A program made the position numbers and the translations under genes. 33,359 nt of DNA from the NCBI GenBank assembly GCA_965233585.1, contig CBDDTI010000307.1:1-33359 (forward strand), given 5' to 3'. The notes under the pieces were generated by a model. The model was not told where the DNA came from. It searched no databases and was given only the letters and a program-made list of their open reading frames with translations. The stretch comes from a bacterium. GTDB taxonomy: Bacteria > SAR324 > NAC60-12. Shown piece by piece: positions 1 to 12,540 of the stretch. Every line of letters begins with the position of its first letter. Positions within the stretch are counted from its first letter, which is position 1.

Positions 1-33
1 GCAATAGATTTCTCCACACATGTTGTTTCCTTT

Positions 34-890
34 GTGACCCTAGAAACTAGGGCCATAAAGGACTTTGAACCTGCTGCCGCCAAAACCTTCCCCCATGGTA
101 CGCAGATGCCTCATGGAGATGTTGTGCCACAGACACCGCAGTCTGAAGCTGGACGTGATTTTGTTGATGACACTTCATTATTTGAAAACATGATGTCTCC
201 CAACAAGATTGCCAAGCATGGCGATGGTCCAGGCAGTGTCAATTTGCTTGGACAACTGCGACAGATTGAGCATCTGGACATCGAGCCCGATGTTGTTTTG
301 CAGAGCAAGATTTTGAGTTGAATCTTGATGAAGATCCTTATGAACCTGTTTCAGAGCTCAGCAACCCCATGAAGGAACTCAGTTATCCTTGCAGCCCACA
401 AGAGCCACAACTTGAACCTGATGAACTTCAACGACTGGACAGCATTGCAGATCAAGTTGAGATTGAACGTTTGTTTGGTCTTCATGTCTTACTTGAAGAC
501 ACCCTACCTGCTGATGCGAAGTGCCTGAGCACACGTTTTGTGCGCACTTGGCGCAAAAAGAAGGACGATGCTGGCAATGCAATCGGGTTGAGGAGAAGCA
601 GACTTGTGGCAAGGGAATACACTTGGTTGCAACCCGACAGAGAAGCCTTGTTCTCACCGGCTTCATCCAACATTGCAACCAGGATCTTGCCCATTTGTTT
701 TCTTACTTTGAGGGGAACATCAAGAGATTTTGATGCTTGCAATTGATGTGAAGGATGCCTTCTTGACAGTTGAGCAAGAGCAACCCATACGTGTCAGGTG
801 CACTGACGCAAGTGGAACCTCGATTTCCTACAGTCTTGGCCGAGTTCTGCCAAGTCAACGTGATGGTAGCCTTCTCCGGCACAAAGATCT
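34..890 (+). pseudogene. Ty1/Copia-type pol fragment (linker plus N-terminal part of reverse transcriptase), frameshifted and 3'-truncated
   Basis: ORFs 34-321, 318-746 and 730-~890 join across two frameshifts. They show Copia RT motifs LSTRFVRTW, RSRLVARE, LFSP, IDVKDAFL and LGRVLPSQRDGS. Similarity stops near 890, before the YVDD motif. Confidence 0.85.
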
Positions 891-1572
891 ACTGTCAAGA
901 TCCCTTTATCGCAGCCATGTTTTGACCACTTTTTTGGGCCCTGTTTTAGGGGCCATGATGAAGCAGGTTTGTTGGCATTCGAGGCGCACCAAGGCTTACC
1001 GAGGCCTGCCCGAGGCACGAGGACAAAGCGAGACTCACGGGGACTCGAATCTGTATGATTGTTGGGGTCCCTTAGCAACGCCTCAAGGTTGCTGCGCATG
1101 TGTTGGTCAAGCCGTGGTTTGCCGCGCCTCCTCCCACTGCTTCGTCAGAAATGAAAAAATGTCCATAGAAGATATACATCTTGCGCTGGCTCCCAATCCA
1201 AGAGTTTTACTTGATTTCTGTGCACCTTCTAACTTCTAGTGTAGTTTCGGTTGCAGGCGGTTGGTGGGTTGCTGCAGTAGGTTTTGTTGTTGTCTTGCAG
1301 CGATATCGCTCATGTGGCTCTTGGGCGTGTCCTGGTGGGTTAGTTAGTGGCTGGACATGGTGTTGGGGTCGCATTTGGGGGTACCTTGCGGGTTGGATCT
1401 GAAGTCTCAAAGTCTTGTGATTGAAAGCTTCTCTGTCGGGAGTAGGGCGGTACTTAGTATCAGCACCTTCAGAGTGAAGACGTTTTGAATCCCCACCTGA
1501 GTCCTCATGTTCTGTGTCGCGCTTGCTCGATCTCGGCACAACAGATGATGCTGCAGCAGCACTTTGTTGAGG

Positions 1573-2387
1573 TTTATTTCTTGGACCAATACATCTGCGG
1601 TTTCTTGTTTCAAATTTATAAGAACCAAAAATGAATCAGCACTGCAGAGCGCACTTAGTAATCTTTCTTTTTGACCGCTTGGGAATTAATTTGCGTATGG
1701 TCAAGTCCGGGGTATGTGTACCTCGTAAGTTGCCACACACCAGGTTGTGTATGGATCGCCGTTTGGAAAGTGAAGCCAGGCTGGCTTCATCAAACTTTTT
1801 GGGTAAGGCATTTATAATTGACCCTGTGCTGGTGGTCACTGGATTTGGCTTATGACTTATTTGGACTAAAAGGGAAAGGACCATGAGCAGGGAGTTCAAG
1901 TGCAAAGACCCCCGTGGGTAGTGGGTAAGGGCTTAGGGTGGCGTGGGTGGGACAAAAAGTCCGTTCGAAACAAACACGAACCCACCTACCCACCACTTGA
2001 AATGGAAAACACCACAGGTAGAATCAAGAGATGTCAAGTGTTCACAAGTGAAGTTTCAGCATTACAAGTCAAAACATGAATGCACTGAAGGTTCAACTGA
2101 AACAGGGTTTGGCTGTTGGAAAAGATTTGAACCCTCAAACAAGTTCCGAAGACAGCGCAGAACCCGAATGCAAAGAGCGAGGGTAAAAGGAAAAGCACTG
2201 GCAGTGCAGGAGCGCTGGCAGAGATAACAAGCTGTCGAGAAGGGAAACCGCAGCAAGAAATTTTTCAGCACAGAGAGGAAAAATTCCTTTTGGTTTTTAT
2301 TGGTTCCGCGAAATAACAAACTATCACAAGTGACAGTCCATTTATTTCTTGGACCAATACAGCTGCGGTTTCTTATTTCAAATTTAT
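1573..2387 (-). repeat. 47-bp direct repeat pair (1573-1619, 2341-2387), probable remnant split direct repeat of a YR retrotransposon end
   Basis: tttatttcttggaccaataca[t/g]ctgcggtttctt[g/a]tttcaaatttat occurs twice. The spacer holds G-rich/C-rich motifs (1979-2002, 1908-1950) like those in the other YR ends. Confidence 0.6.
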
Positions 2388-3405
2388 TTGTTCCATTTTA
2401 AAACCTATTACGCTACGCCGCTACGCGTGCACGTAAATTCAAGTTTACAAAAGCAACTGAAGCACGTGAAGACAACCAGAATGAAGCGCTCCTCTCTTTT
2501 TAACTGCAAAGGTGGAGAAATGTCATCTCTGTCAAGTGACGGATGCGTAAGAGCATCGATCAAACTGGATTCTTTCGTAAAAGAAAAGCCGCAGCTATTT
2601 TGGCCGGGATGAAATGGGAGAGCTAAAACCCCCAACCCTAGGAAAGAAATGGCGCGAACGGTTTCATAAAAGAAACAACCAAAAGGGTGGCCGAGGGTGG
2701 GTGCCAAATTTCTCAGCCATACTGCACGAAATCAAAATGTCAAAGTTCAAGCTGAAGATGCACATCAATCTGAAGCTGACAAGTGAAACAAGATGACATC
2801 ACAAGCACAGCAGTGAAAATTGAAACATCAACTGACAAGCTGTTGTTCAAGTATGTTGGGGTAAAACCCAATTTGTTTGACGCCGCGGAAACGTGTCGCT
2901 ATAATGAACGTCGCAACGCAAACGAAAACGGAATTACTAGCGGGTAAAACCGCAAACGAATAAATCAAACGTAAACGTAAAAAGTTGGATAAGACTCCAG
3001 GTAAAACTGGGTGACTACGTGAGACGGTTACTATGTACAACGTTGTTGAAACGAAATCATTTGTCGCAACTGTGGTAAGGGCCAACGTACGTGAGTGTAA
3101 CAACCCACCCCCCACCTGAGGTTTCTAAGAAACAAACACGTTGGTACGTTACACTACCCAACTGGGGCTTGTTCCATTTTAAAACCTATTACGCTACGCG
3201 TGCACGTAAATTCAAGTTTACAAAAGCAACTGAAGCACGTGAAGAAAACCAGAATGAAGCGCTCCTCTCTTTTTAACTGCAAAGGTGGAGAAATGCCATC
3301 TCTGTCAAGTGACGGATGCGTAAGAGCATCGATCAAACTGGATTCTTTCGTAAAAGAAAAGCCGCAGCCATTTTGGCCGGGATGAAAAGGGGGAGCTAAA
3401 ACCCC
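2388..3405 (-). repeat. ~240-bp direct repeat pair (2388-2632, 3169-3405), split direct repeat at the 3' end of a minus-strand YR retrotransposon
   Basis: Near-identical copies from ttgttccattttaaaacc to gagctaaaacccc, ~535 bp apart. Same layout as 18515-19480. Confidence 0.75.
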
Positions 3406-3549
3406 TATGCCAACGAGACCATCATCCCCATTCTGATTTCTGAAACTTGGCATTTCCTCCGGTATCCTTTGCAGTGGCTGGCAGCTTCAAATTTTCTCTT
3501 CGAGAAAGATTCAGTGAAGGCCATCAAGAGGTCGATCATCGGAAACCTT

Positions 3550-3594
3550 GTTGAACGACCTGGCGGAAGCCATGAAGGCGCTGGACGGAAAAAA
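3550..3594 (+). mobile_element. Short copy of a non-LTR retroelement 3' end with A-tail
   Basis: gttgaacgacctggcggaagccatgaaggcgctggacggaaaaaa closely matches 24837-24882 (gttgaacgacctggtgaaagccaagaggcgttggacggaaaaaaaa). Confidence 0.6.
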
Positions 3595-3713
3595 GCATGG
3601 AATGTCCAATACGTTGTCGTGTTCGTCCCTGCATGGATGATCCCCCCTATGTACCATAGCCTTCGCCGTGAAAGTGTCAAAAGCACGGATTCCGGAAGCG
3701 TGACAGGGGCTGA

Positions 3714-4019
3714 CTAAGGTGCGATGACAAAGGGAAGCAAGCTGCCGAGGGGAAACATTTAGGTGGATCTACAGCTTCACAGATATCACGTCCACAGCTC
3801 AAAGTGGTCTACATCTTTGCAGGACATCGCCGAAGAGCGGATGTTCGTGAACATTTGGAAGCCGCAAAAACAGGGTTTGAGCTGGTCATGCATGAGGTTG
3901 ATTTGGTCAGAGGTGAAGATTAAGATGTTTTGGATGAGTCTTTTTGGTGTGAGTTATTGCGGTTTATTCGGGATTTCAGACCATTTTGCATCATTGCCAC
4001 CCCACCTTGCTCCACATAC
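3714..4019 (+). pseudogene. N-terminal part of a C5-cytosine-methyltransferase-like domain of a decayed YR retrotransposon, interrupted by the LTR element
   Basis: The frame reads LKVVYIFAGHRRRADVREHL...MHEVDLVRGED*DVLDESFW...RPFCIIATPPCSTY (motif I-like FAG, motif IV PPC), with one internal TAA at 3921. It is preceded in frame by TGA-CTA at 3711. Confidence 0.75.
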
Positions 4020-5298
4020 TGTGGAAATATCCAGTATTTGTGGCTGGTGAGCGAGGAAAGCTTCTGGCTTTGTGCATATTTGGATAAACGAGCTGAAGTG
4101 GTACAGTGTGCGAGTTCTGCTTTGGTGGGGTGTGCATATTCTGCTTTGGAGAATTCAATGCTGGCATTCTTTGAGGAAGCAATTTGGAATTCGTGACTCC
4201 GGTCACCGGAAGAATGCTCGGGTGAGACTACATCAATTGGCCCGACCAATTGAGGTAGTGTCATCTTAGTGTTCAGGATTGTGTTTGGATATTGCATTGA
4301 TATAACATTCGTGGATGCGGTGAGACTGTTATCTGTTGGGATCTGTCTTATGGTAACCATGAATATTTGTAAATAGATGCGAAGCCTGGAGCACTTTTCG
4401 GACATGTCCTGATGACACTGAAGAGTTCAGGATTGAGCTGTGAACGCTTGCATGCATTTGGAATCAATCTGAATTGAGGACGTTTGAATGCATGAGTGCA
4501 TTTGAAGTAATTCAAGAATGTGGACATTTGAATGCAAGTGGAATCGTATGCATAGAAAGTGTTTATGAATTCAAAGAACCTGGAATGGAGTTTCCAGAAA
4601 CCCACAGAATTTTTCAGCGAAAGTTGCGTTCTGTGAACTTTACTTTTGTAGGAAACTTTCATAGAAAGTTTCCGGACTGTGGTGAACCAATTTGAACTTT
4701 GAACTTTGGACTGAACTGAGTTTAGAGTGGCTGCTTGTTAGTAGCTGTGTGTGTAACTGTGAATAGTCGACTTGTGGTTGGAGTTTTTGTTGGCTGACAG
4801 GTTAACATCGAGACGGTGGTTGCCGATGTCCCTCAATGATGACAACAGACCGAGCACCCGTCATCATGGTGAGATGACAAAATGGGTTGCCGGTCGTCTG
4901 AGGGGGGCATCAGCGACCGCAGTGTCGATGTTGCCTGTCTCTGGTTAGTGGAAGAAAGTTTTTGAGAGAAAGATCTTCGGATCTTGAATGTTTAAACAAT
5001 TGTTGCAGTCGAGCTGTATGGTTGATGTTGGCTCAAAGCCAAGGAAACTGCAATGAAGTAGTCTAAGACAGTCACGTGGTTTAGTCCAGCTTGTTTTGCT
5101 TTGGTTCGTGTTTTGCTACCGCACCTCTGAGTGAGTGTCCAAAAGGGTTGAGCTGTTCCGAACCTGAGAGCTTGTGTGGGAACCGCGTTTTTTGCGTAAG
5201 CTTCGCTTTGCGTAGGTTGTAGGAACTGCATCTAGGTGTAGGTCCTGGGATTTACGTAGAAAGGATTTTTAAACCAACTTGGGTTTAAATTTTCCGCA
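4020..5298 (+). repeat. 5' LTR (1279 bp)
   Basis: Begins TGTGGAAA and ends TTTCCGCA (imperfect inverted ends). About 5 differences from 20851-22128 seen by eye. Confidence 0.95.
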
Positions 5299-5305
5299 TG
5301 GTAGC
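5299..5305 (+). promoter_or_regulatory. Possible truncated primer-binding site (TGGTAGC)
   Basis: Directly follows the 5' LTR. Matches the first 7 nt of the complement of the 3' end of many eukaryotic initiator-Met tRNAs (TGGTAGCAG...). The match is short. Confidence 0.4.
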
Positions 5306-5875
5306 CATCAATCACCTTCTCCGTTGTGACCCAACGGCATGGTATGATGCGAACACCATACTCATCCGCCTTTGCAGTGGCTTCAGACTGCCTAAGTGGT
5401 TTTCCTGCACAAACCCTATCCAGATTCTTGACTTCAGTCAACATCCCTGAAAAAGTAAGGTTACCATCTAGGGTATTCGACGTAGAATCATCAACCGCAT
5501 AGTCTGGTTTCCAAACCTTAATTGAGGATCCACAAAACGACACTGTCTCTGACTTAGAACTGCCTTGGTATACAACAGACTGCAACGATTGGTCTTCGAA
5601 GAACATGTCAGCCCCCGTGAATCCCTCAGAAAGTTGCATGATTCCATGAATTATGCTACAATCATCGGTAACACAAACACCAACATTGTCCAACATACCC
5701 TCATCATGTTCAAGAGGTCGTTTCCTAGATTCCCCAACATCCAAGGATTCAAGTTCTGGTTCAAGCTGTGCATCAGCTACACGTTTCGTTCCACGAGTTG
5801 AAACGTGGGAGCCATCAGCTATCTGTGCATCTTCAACATTTTGAGAACTCGAGAACCGAGCCTCTTCTTCATCAT
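5305..5875 (-). pseudogene. Copia pol fragment (integrase-RT linker and RT start), antisense to the LTR orientation
   Basis: Part of ORF 5232-6182(-): acidic linker, then GMLTEVKNL...VRIIPCRWVTTEKVIDG, the Copia RT N-terminal I(P/G)CRWV motif. Truncated at the LTR/PBS. Confidence 0.7.
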
Positions 5876-6108
5876 GCATGCTTGGGTACGCATCGCGTTC
5901 AGGCAAACCTGTAGGAAAGAGGCTGAGGTTTGTGTGTGACTCTGAGGAGTTTGTCAAACCGTTGAGGCGTTTCCAGGCATGCAGGTGTAAGGAACATGCG
6001 CATCTGAACGATGTGAACTGGAACGAGACTGGTAAGTACAACAAGTCGCTTGCGTTGGCGCTGTGTAACGCGGCGTATACGTGTGCGCGAGCGGGGGGCG
6101 TACACTGA
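5875..6108 (+). pseudogene. C-terminal part (motif VIII-X-like) of a retroelement C5-MTase-like domain
   Basis: CMLGYASRSGKPVGKRLRFVC...CRCKEHAHL...TGKYNKSLALAL parallels CMHGGKRKKLTKWW...CDGKHQHAKW...EAAYPHLLCKRI in ORF 30358-33117. Confidence 0.55.
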
Positions 6109-6494
6109 ATCACATACATGTGCGTGTGCATCAGTTGATGTATTTGCAGTTTTGTTTGTGATGAAATGTCACAGAGAGTCAAACAGAGTGTGACAGTTGA
6201 ACAGCTGTATGGACAGACAATGGACGCGTTGTTTGTTGCGAGTAATCTAAGAGGGTAGCAATGCTAAATTTCAGAATTCAAGCGAGAAATTTTTTCAACT
6301 GCAGTTAAGGATTGGCAACTGCAGTTAAGGAGCTCTCAGTGTCGAAATTGAAGAAGAACCAGATTAGTATTTTTGGTTGAAAAACCACTTTTCATGATCT
6401 GAATTTCCTTCATTTCAGGCAATTTGAGCATCATTTTAGCTATAAAATCATGTAATTTTGATGTTTTTTGTTTTTTGTGAGAAAATCAATCAAA

Positions 6495-7150
6495 CATTTT
6501 GCTTCTGTTCTGGAATAGAGCAGGGTAAAAACATTTTCAACTTAACAACAAAAACACAAAACTGAGTAATTTTAGTAATTTAAGCATCAAAAAGCATTAA
6601 AATTGTGATTTTATATGCTTTTGAACAGATGAAAACAACATTTTGCTTCTGTTGTGGAATAAACCAAGGTAGACTCATTTTCAAAGGAGCCAACAGTGAT
6701 GACCATTTCCCAAAAAAACAAAAATGAATATTTCAGGCATCAAAAGCATTCAAAGTGTGGTTTTGGATGCTTTGGGACATTTTGGAATTCATTGAAATTG
6801 ATTGAAACACACATTTTGTTTCTGTTGTGGAATAGAGCAGAGTAGGCTCATTTTCACAGGAAGGAACAGTGACGCATTACACAAACGATACAAATTAAGG
6901 AAAAACAACATTCACAGTGTGATTTTGGATGCTTTTGACATTTTGGAACACATTCAAACAAAACGATGTACTTTTGTTGTGGAATAGAACAGAGTAGACT
7001 GTAGACTATCCATTTCAAAGGAGCGAACATTTACCACAAACCATAAAAATGAAGGAAAAACATTCACAGTGTGATTTTGGATGATTTTGGAATACATTAA
7101 TGCATTGGAACAAAAAAATGTAGGGGCCAACAGTGATGAACATTTACCAC
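6495..7150. repeat. Degenerate subterminal tandem repeat (~140-170 bp unit)
   Basis: Recurring ttttg(c)ttctgttgtggaatagagcagagtag and gtgtgattttggatgctttt motifs, 4-5 copies. Confidence 0.6.
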
Positions 7151-7159
7151 AAAAATTGC

Positions 7160-7632
7160 ACTACACTACACTCCGCTACACTACAACTACAACTACACAA
7201 CTACACTCCACTACACTCCACTACACTAAATTACACTACACTACATTACACTACACTACATTCCACTACACTCCACTACACTACACTACAATACACTACA
7301 CTACATTACACTGAATGACAGACAGGTAGACAGACAGATAGATGGATAGATAGACAGATAGACAGCTAGACAGATAGACAGCTAAAAGAGAGAGAGAGAT
7401 AGATAGATAGATAGATACATAGATAGATAGATAGATAGGTAAGTAGATGAGAGAGAGAGAGAGAGATAGACCGATAGATAGATACATAGATAGATAGTTT
7501 GGAAGTAGGTAGGTAGGTAGAAAGTCAGAGAAAGTGGATTCGCCCTGCCATCCATGATTCACAACAACCAATCTCTCCTATAGGTTTCCTATTTTTGAAA
7601 CTTCCGCCACCGCCTTGTGCGGTACTACTGGT
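7160..7632. repeat. (CACTA)n + (GATA/GACA)n microsatellites followed by a ~110-bp unique terminus, probably the end of an abundant interspersed repeat
   Basis: CACTA array at 7160-7312, GATA/GA array at 7313-7520, then ...gaaacttccgccaccgccttgtgcggtactactggta running into tatata. I recall this terminus from Symbiodiniaceae repeats (not verified). Confidence 0.8.
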
Positions 7633-10169
7633 ATATATAATTTCGGAACCAAGGATAACATGCCATTTCTTTTAATTGGGGTACCCCCGATTTGTTTGGT
7701 TTCAAGGTTCCGAGGTTCCATCACTCACGCGTTTCCCCAGATGGGGGTAGTTTTGATTTCCAAGGCTGATTAATCAAACAAAATTGACATAAATATTTTT
7801 CAGTGCTTCGCACTTTCAGGCTTCCCCCGGTTTTGTATGTATATAGGTTTCTTGAAATACATTTGATTTGTTTGAATGATAGATATACATCTATATATAT
7901 ATACATATATATACATATATATATATATATATATTTATATCGATGAAATATTTTGATATAGTAACGAAACCCCACCCACCAACCCTTTCACCCCCCTGAG
8001 CAGTTCCTCGTCGACTTCAGCCAGAGTGTGGGTCTTGAGCTCGGGAATTATTAAATAAACCCTCCCATTTACCCCCTTTTGTGGCAGGGTGCACTGTTGT
8101 TCCGTGGCAAAGCGCAGACACGAAATAAGACACGCAGTATGCATAGCATACATTATTTCCTGCACTAACTAGTTCAGGTATTTTTTTATCTAAAATGGCA
8201 TTTGCAGTGTCAAAACTGATATATGGATTTTGCATCGCAGGTTTGATGATCTTCTTGAGGGAATTTTCGGATCTCTTTGAAACAAAATACTTGGGGAGGG
8301 GCAAGTATATACATGAAATATGATGAAACCTAAAAATAAAACAATTACAAATGATCAAAATTGATGAACAAATATATCACAATAAAGGCCATGTAAAGAC
8401 AATGCCAAAAGGATAACAGGTGATGACGAAATAAAAATGGATGAACATAAAAAGTGAAAAACAATGACACAATGATGAAAGTTGATGAGACAAAGAACGG
8501 AAGAAAAAAAATGATGAAAACCAATCCTGGAAGTGGAAAAAATGCATGAACACTCGCGGTAAGCTGCTGAAATATGCGGAACAATGATTGCAAACCAGTG
8601 GAAATGCTGAAATAGGTTGTGCAGTTGCTTGGAAAACAGTGGTAAAATTCTTGGCATAGGTTTGAACTTGATAAGAATTAGTGGTAAAATCTTTGGACAA
8701 CTGCTGAAAACCACAGGTAAAATGCTGAAATAGGCTGGACATGGATTAAAACCAATTCTTAAATCATGAAAGCAGGTTCAAAACCAGGGGTAAGATGCTG
8801 AAAGAAGCTGGACACTTTTTAAAACCAATGGTAAGCTGATGAACTAGTCTAAAATATGCGGAAAACTTTGCCAAAAACATGAAGTAAATTGAACTATGTA
8901 AAAAAAATATCCTTAAGCAACTTTGTGAGTGCCGTTGTTGTGTGCCTCAAAAATTCGGATGTGCAAATGCTTGCACATGTGAACAACTGTAAAGGGAAAT
9001 CAAACATTGCGATCTCAAATTGAAGTAAAAAATTGAAAACAACAACATGCAGTATAATATAAATGTGGTGTGTGCCGTGTCCAAAATTTAGATAAAGACT
9101 TCGAAACACATACACGGCACACATTAGCAATTTTCTATCTGTGATTTTGTGTCTTTTTGAAATGGAGAACCATCAGAATCAAAATGTTCAGGTATATTTT
9201 TCCTTCCAGGATATGTATCCGGAATGTATTCGAGTCTTATATCCTTCTCTCTATGTCATTCAGCAACAGGTTTTTAGATGCTTGAAATTATAGATAGATT
9301 AGATAAAGAGAATGCATAATACACACATTGCAATAAGACGGGAACGTGATGAAATCCACGGAGAAAAGGAAGAAATGGAAGAAATGGAGAAAACCAATGA
9401 GGTGGGAAAACTGATTGAAATCTCATGATAAAATCAAGGAATGGATGGGCAAAATGATGAACGCCAATGATAAAATTAACAAGTAGTTGGGGAAAACGGA
9501 TAAAATCTAGTGACTAGTGAAAAAAACAAGTAGGTGGGAGCAAACTGATGAAAATGAATGGTACAATGAAAACTTTGGTGAGGAAACCTGACGAAATCAA
9601 AAAATACAATGAAGGAACGGACAACCAAAACTCATGAAACATCATGATAAGCTCAAAAAATCGGTGGGAAAAACTGATAAAATCCAATGATAACATGCAC
9701 CAATAGGTTGGGAAAACTTTGGAGAACTGAAGAAAAACTGCAATGGTCAACTGGAGAAATAGATTGGGAAAACTTGGGACAGCTGATGAAACCGAATGAT
9801 AAAATGAACAAATAGGTGGGAAACATTTTTTTCTTTTTTAAATTGATCAAACAGGTTTGGAAAACTGATCAAATCCTTTTATAAAATGAACAAATAGGTG
9901 AGGAAAACGGATGAGATCTCCTGGTGAACTAATAGAAAAACGGAGGAATACTGATCAACATGTTCTACAGCATGGAGAAATGAGGTGTGAACATATATTT
10001 ATGTAAATACAGTTATATAAGATAATATATATAAGGTCCTCCACCCACATAGAATATGGAATTGAAATTTTGGCTTCCCTTGGCATCCCCAGAATTGAAC
10101 TTGAAACAAGATACTTAGAATACAGTTGACGTCAAAAAACCTATACTTAGAATATCATTGTGCCATATA

Positions 10170-10645
10170 AATTCTTTCACTTTTCCAGACGAATTCGTCA
10201 TTTTTCCATAGAAATTCTTCACTTTTCTTTATAAATCCTTCACGTTTCCATACAACTTCTTCACTTTTCCTTTTTTTTTGCCATACAAATTCTTTCACTT
10301 GTTCAGTCAAATTCATCATTGTTCCATATTTTTTTCATTTTTCTTTATAAATCCTTCACATTTCCATGCAAATTCTTCACCTTTCCATATTTTTTCCAGA
10401 TAAATTCTTCATAGTTCCAAACACATTCATTATTTTTCCATACAAATTCTTTACTTTCCTATGAAAATTCTGCACGTTTCCATGCAAATTCTTCAGTTTC
10501 CATATTTTTGCCATATATATTCTTTTCCCTTTTCAGTCAAATTCTTCATTTATTCCATATATATTTCTTCATTATTCTTTATAAATCCTTCACATTTCCA
10601 TACAAATTCTTCACTTTTCCATATTTTTTCAGTATAAATTCTTCC
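10170..10645. repeat. Minisatellite, ~23-bp unit (ttccatacaaattcttcactt)
   Basis: About 18-20 degenerate tandem copies are visible. Confidence 0.85.
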
Positions 10646-11019
10646 CTTCGGTGAGCTCGAAAACTTCATTTTTTTAATGCAATATAAAAAGAAATTGATC
10701 ATGTCAGGGACCTGTTTTTTTGTTGAAACGTTCTAGTTTAGGAACTTCAAACATCCAGGGTTGCTACTCCCCAAAGGGAATTACGTATATAGTAATTATA
10801 CATGAAGGGGACCCAATTCCTTGCAGAACTACATACATAGAATATAGGTCCCAGTGAAAATATTAGTGCATTTTTTCAGGAACGCCACCTAATTCCATTG
10901 GCCTTCATTGCAAAATAGTTTTTTTTCTTTCATAGTTCCTCGACACCGGTCGTGGTGGGTACCCTTAGGTGAGCTTGAACAATTTCATAAAGGATTTTAT
11001 GGTGTTTTGGTGGATTTTA

Positions 11020-11490
11020 GTGGGGTGAAAAAAATTGAAAAATGTTCATTTATGTCCATTTATGTTGCAGTATGGGTGATATGTTGATAATTCAAAAGAT
11101 TTTTGTGGGGTGAACAGTGAACACTTGAAACATGTTCATTTATGTCCATGTATGCTGCAGTACGGATGATATTTTGATAATTCAAAGGATTTTGGTGGGG
11201 TGAAAATTTGAAAAATGTCCATTTATGTTCATTTATGCTGCAGTATGGTTGATATGTTGATATTTTACATTCTAGTGGGATGAGAACTTGAAACATGTCC
11301 ATTTATGTCCATTGATGCTGCAGTATGGGCGATATTTTGATAATTCAAAAAATTTAGTGGGGTGAAAGCTTGAAAAATGTTCTTGTATGTTGCAGTACGG
11401 ATGATATTTTGATAATTCAAAGGATTTTGGTGGGGTGAAATTAAAAAAACGTCCATTTATGCTGCAGTATGGGTGATATGTTGATAATTC
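11020..11490. repeat. Tandem repeat, ~70-80-bp unit
   Basis: atgctgcagtatgggtgatatgttgataattcaaaggattttggtggggtgaaa repeated about 6 times. Confidence 0.85.
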
Positions 11491-12540
11491 AAATGAGGAG
11501 AAAAAATGAAGTTTTTCACGAAATGGGGAGAAAAAAATGAACATGAAATGGGGGAATATTCTAAGTTTATTACCGATCAAATTCAACTGCAACATCGAAA
11601 AAACACATATTCTATGTGGTCGGAGTACATTATATATATTTCCATGTGTTTTGTATTGTTTTGTTCTTATGTTGACTCAATGCTGGTTGTTCCCATGTGT
11701 TTTCTCATTTTTCGTTCAGAAACGTTTCTTGTCTTGCTCTTAACTAATTCACATTCCACAAGATTTAAACCAATTGTAAATTATGTCAAGAGTATGATGA
11801 AATTGAATCGACATTACTTTAGATTTGATTTTATTAGGATTGAAGTTTAATCAAAACATATTTCACTTCAAATCGACATCCTTTTTAGGAATCAACTTAT
11901 TTCTCAATATTGGATGACTTTCAATTTAAAAGGGCAACAAAAATCACAGATAGAAATGTTTTTATATTATAATCATAAAAAAAAGGGGAAAAACATAGCA
12001 CAATTTCTAATGTTGTACAATAAATATATTGCACATTTCTAATCATTTCTGTCTGTCATTTTTCTGGCATCGGACAATATGCAAAAAAATAGGCCCTGTT
12101 CTATCTGTAGGCTAAACTGAGGTTTCACGTGTATATATATATATATATGTATACGCGAAATGAAACCGGCAAAAGAGCTGCAACTTTGCCTTTATGAAAA
12201 CGTCAAGACTACGTATATAATATATATATATATATACACGGTTTTGTGATGTTTTTAATCATTTTTTGCAGGTATTTCTATCTGTAGTTTTTTAGGCATA
12301 GAAAAGTGAGAAAAACGTGTATATATATATATATACACGTAATCTTGAGTTTTTTTCATTCATGTAAGATTTCTATTTGCAAGACTGGAAAAATGTGTTC
12401 TATGTGTCATTTTTCACACTCGTAGTGAAATTTGCATTTTCTATCTGCAAGATTGTGACTATATTTTCTAATCATTGCATTCAAGAAACTATCAATGAAT
12501 TCATTTGATTTTTGGGTCAATATGAGTGTCAGCTGATCAA

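Noticed and set aside
893..1240. Possible LTR starting TGTCAAGA where the Copia RT breaks off
   Set aside because: No matching CA end, partner copy or TSD was found in the window.
3920..5231. ORFs inside the LTR, duplicated at 20595-22061
   Set aside because: They recur only because the LTR is duplicated. They show no motifs, and one indel between the copies changes their frames.
5232..6182. 316-aa minus-strand ORF as a single gene
   Set aside because: It is chimeric: it begins antisense to the MTase-like fragment, crosses a Copia fragment and ends inside the LTR.
7081..7571. ORFs with HYTTL and YLSI repeats
   Set aside because: They are translations of microsatellites.
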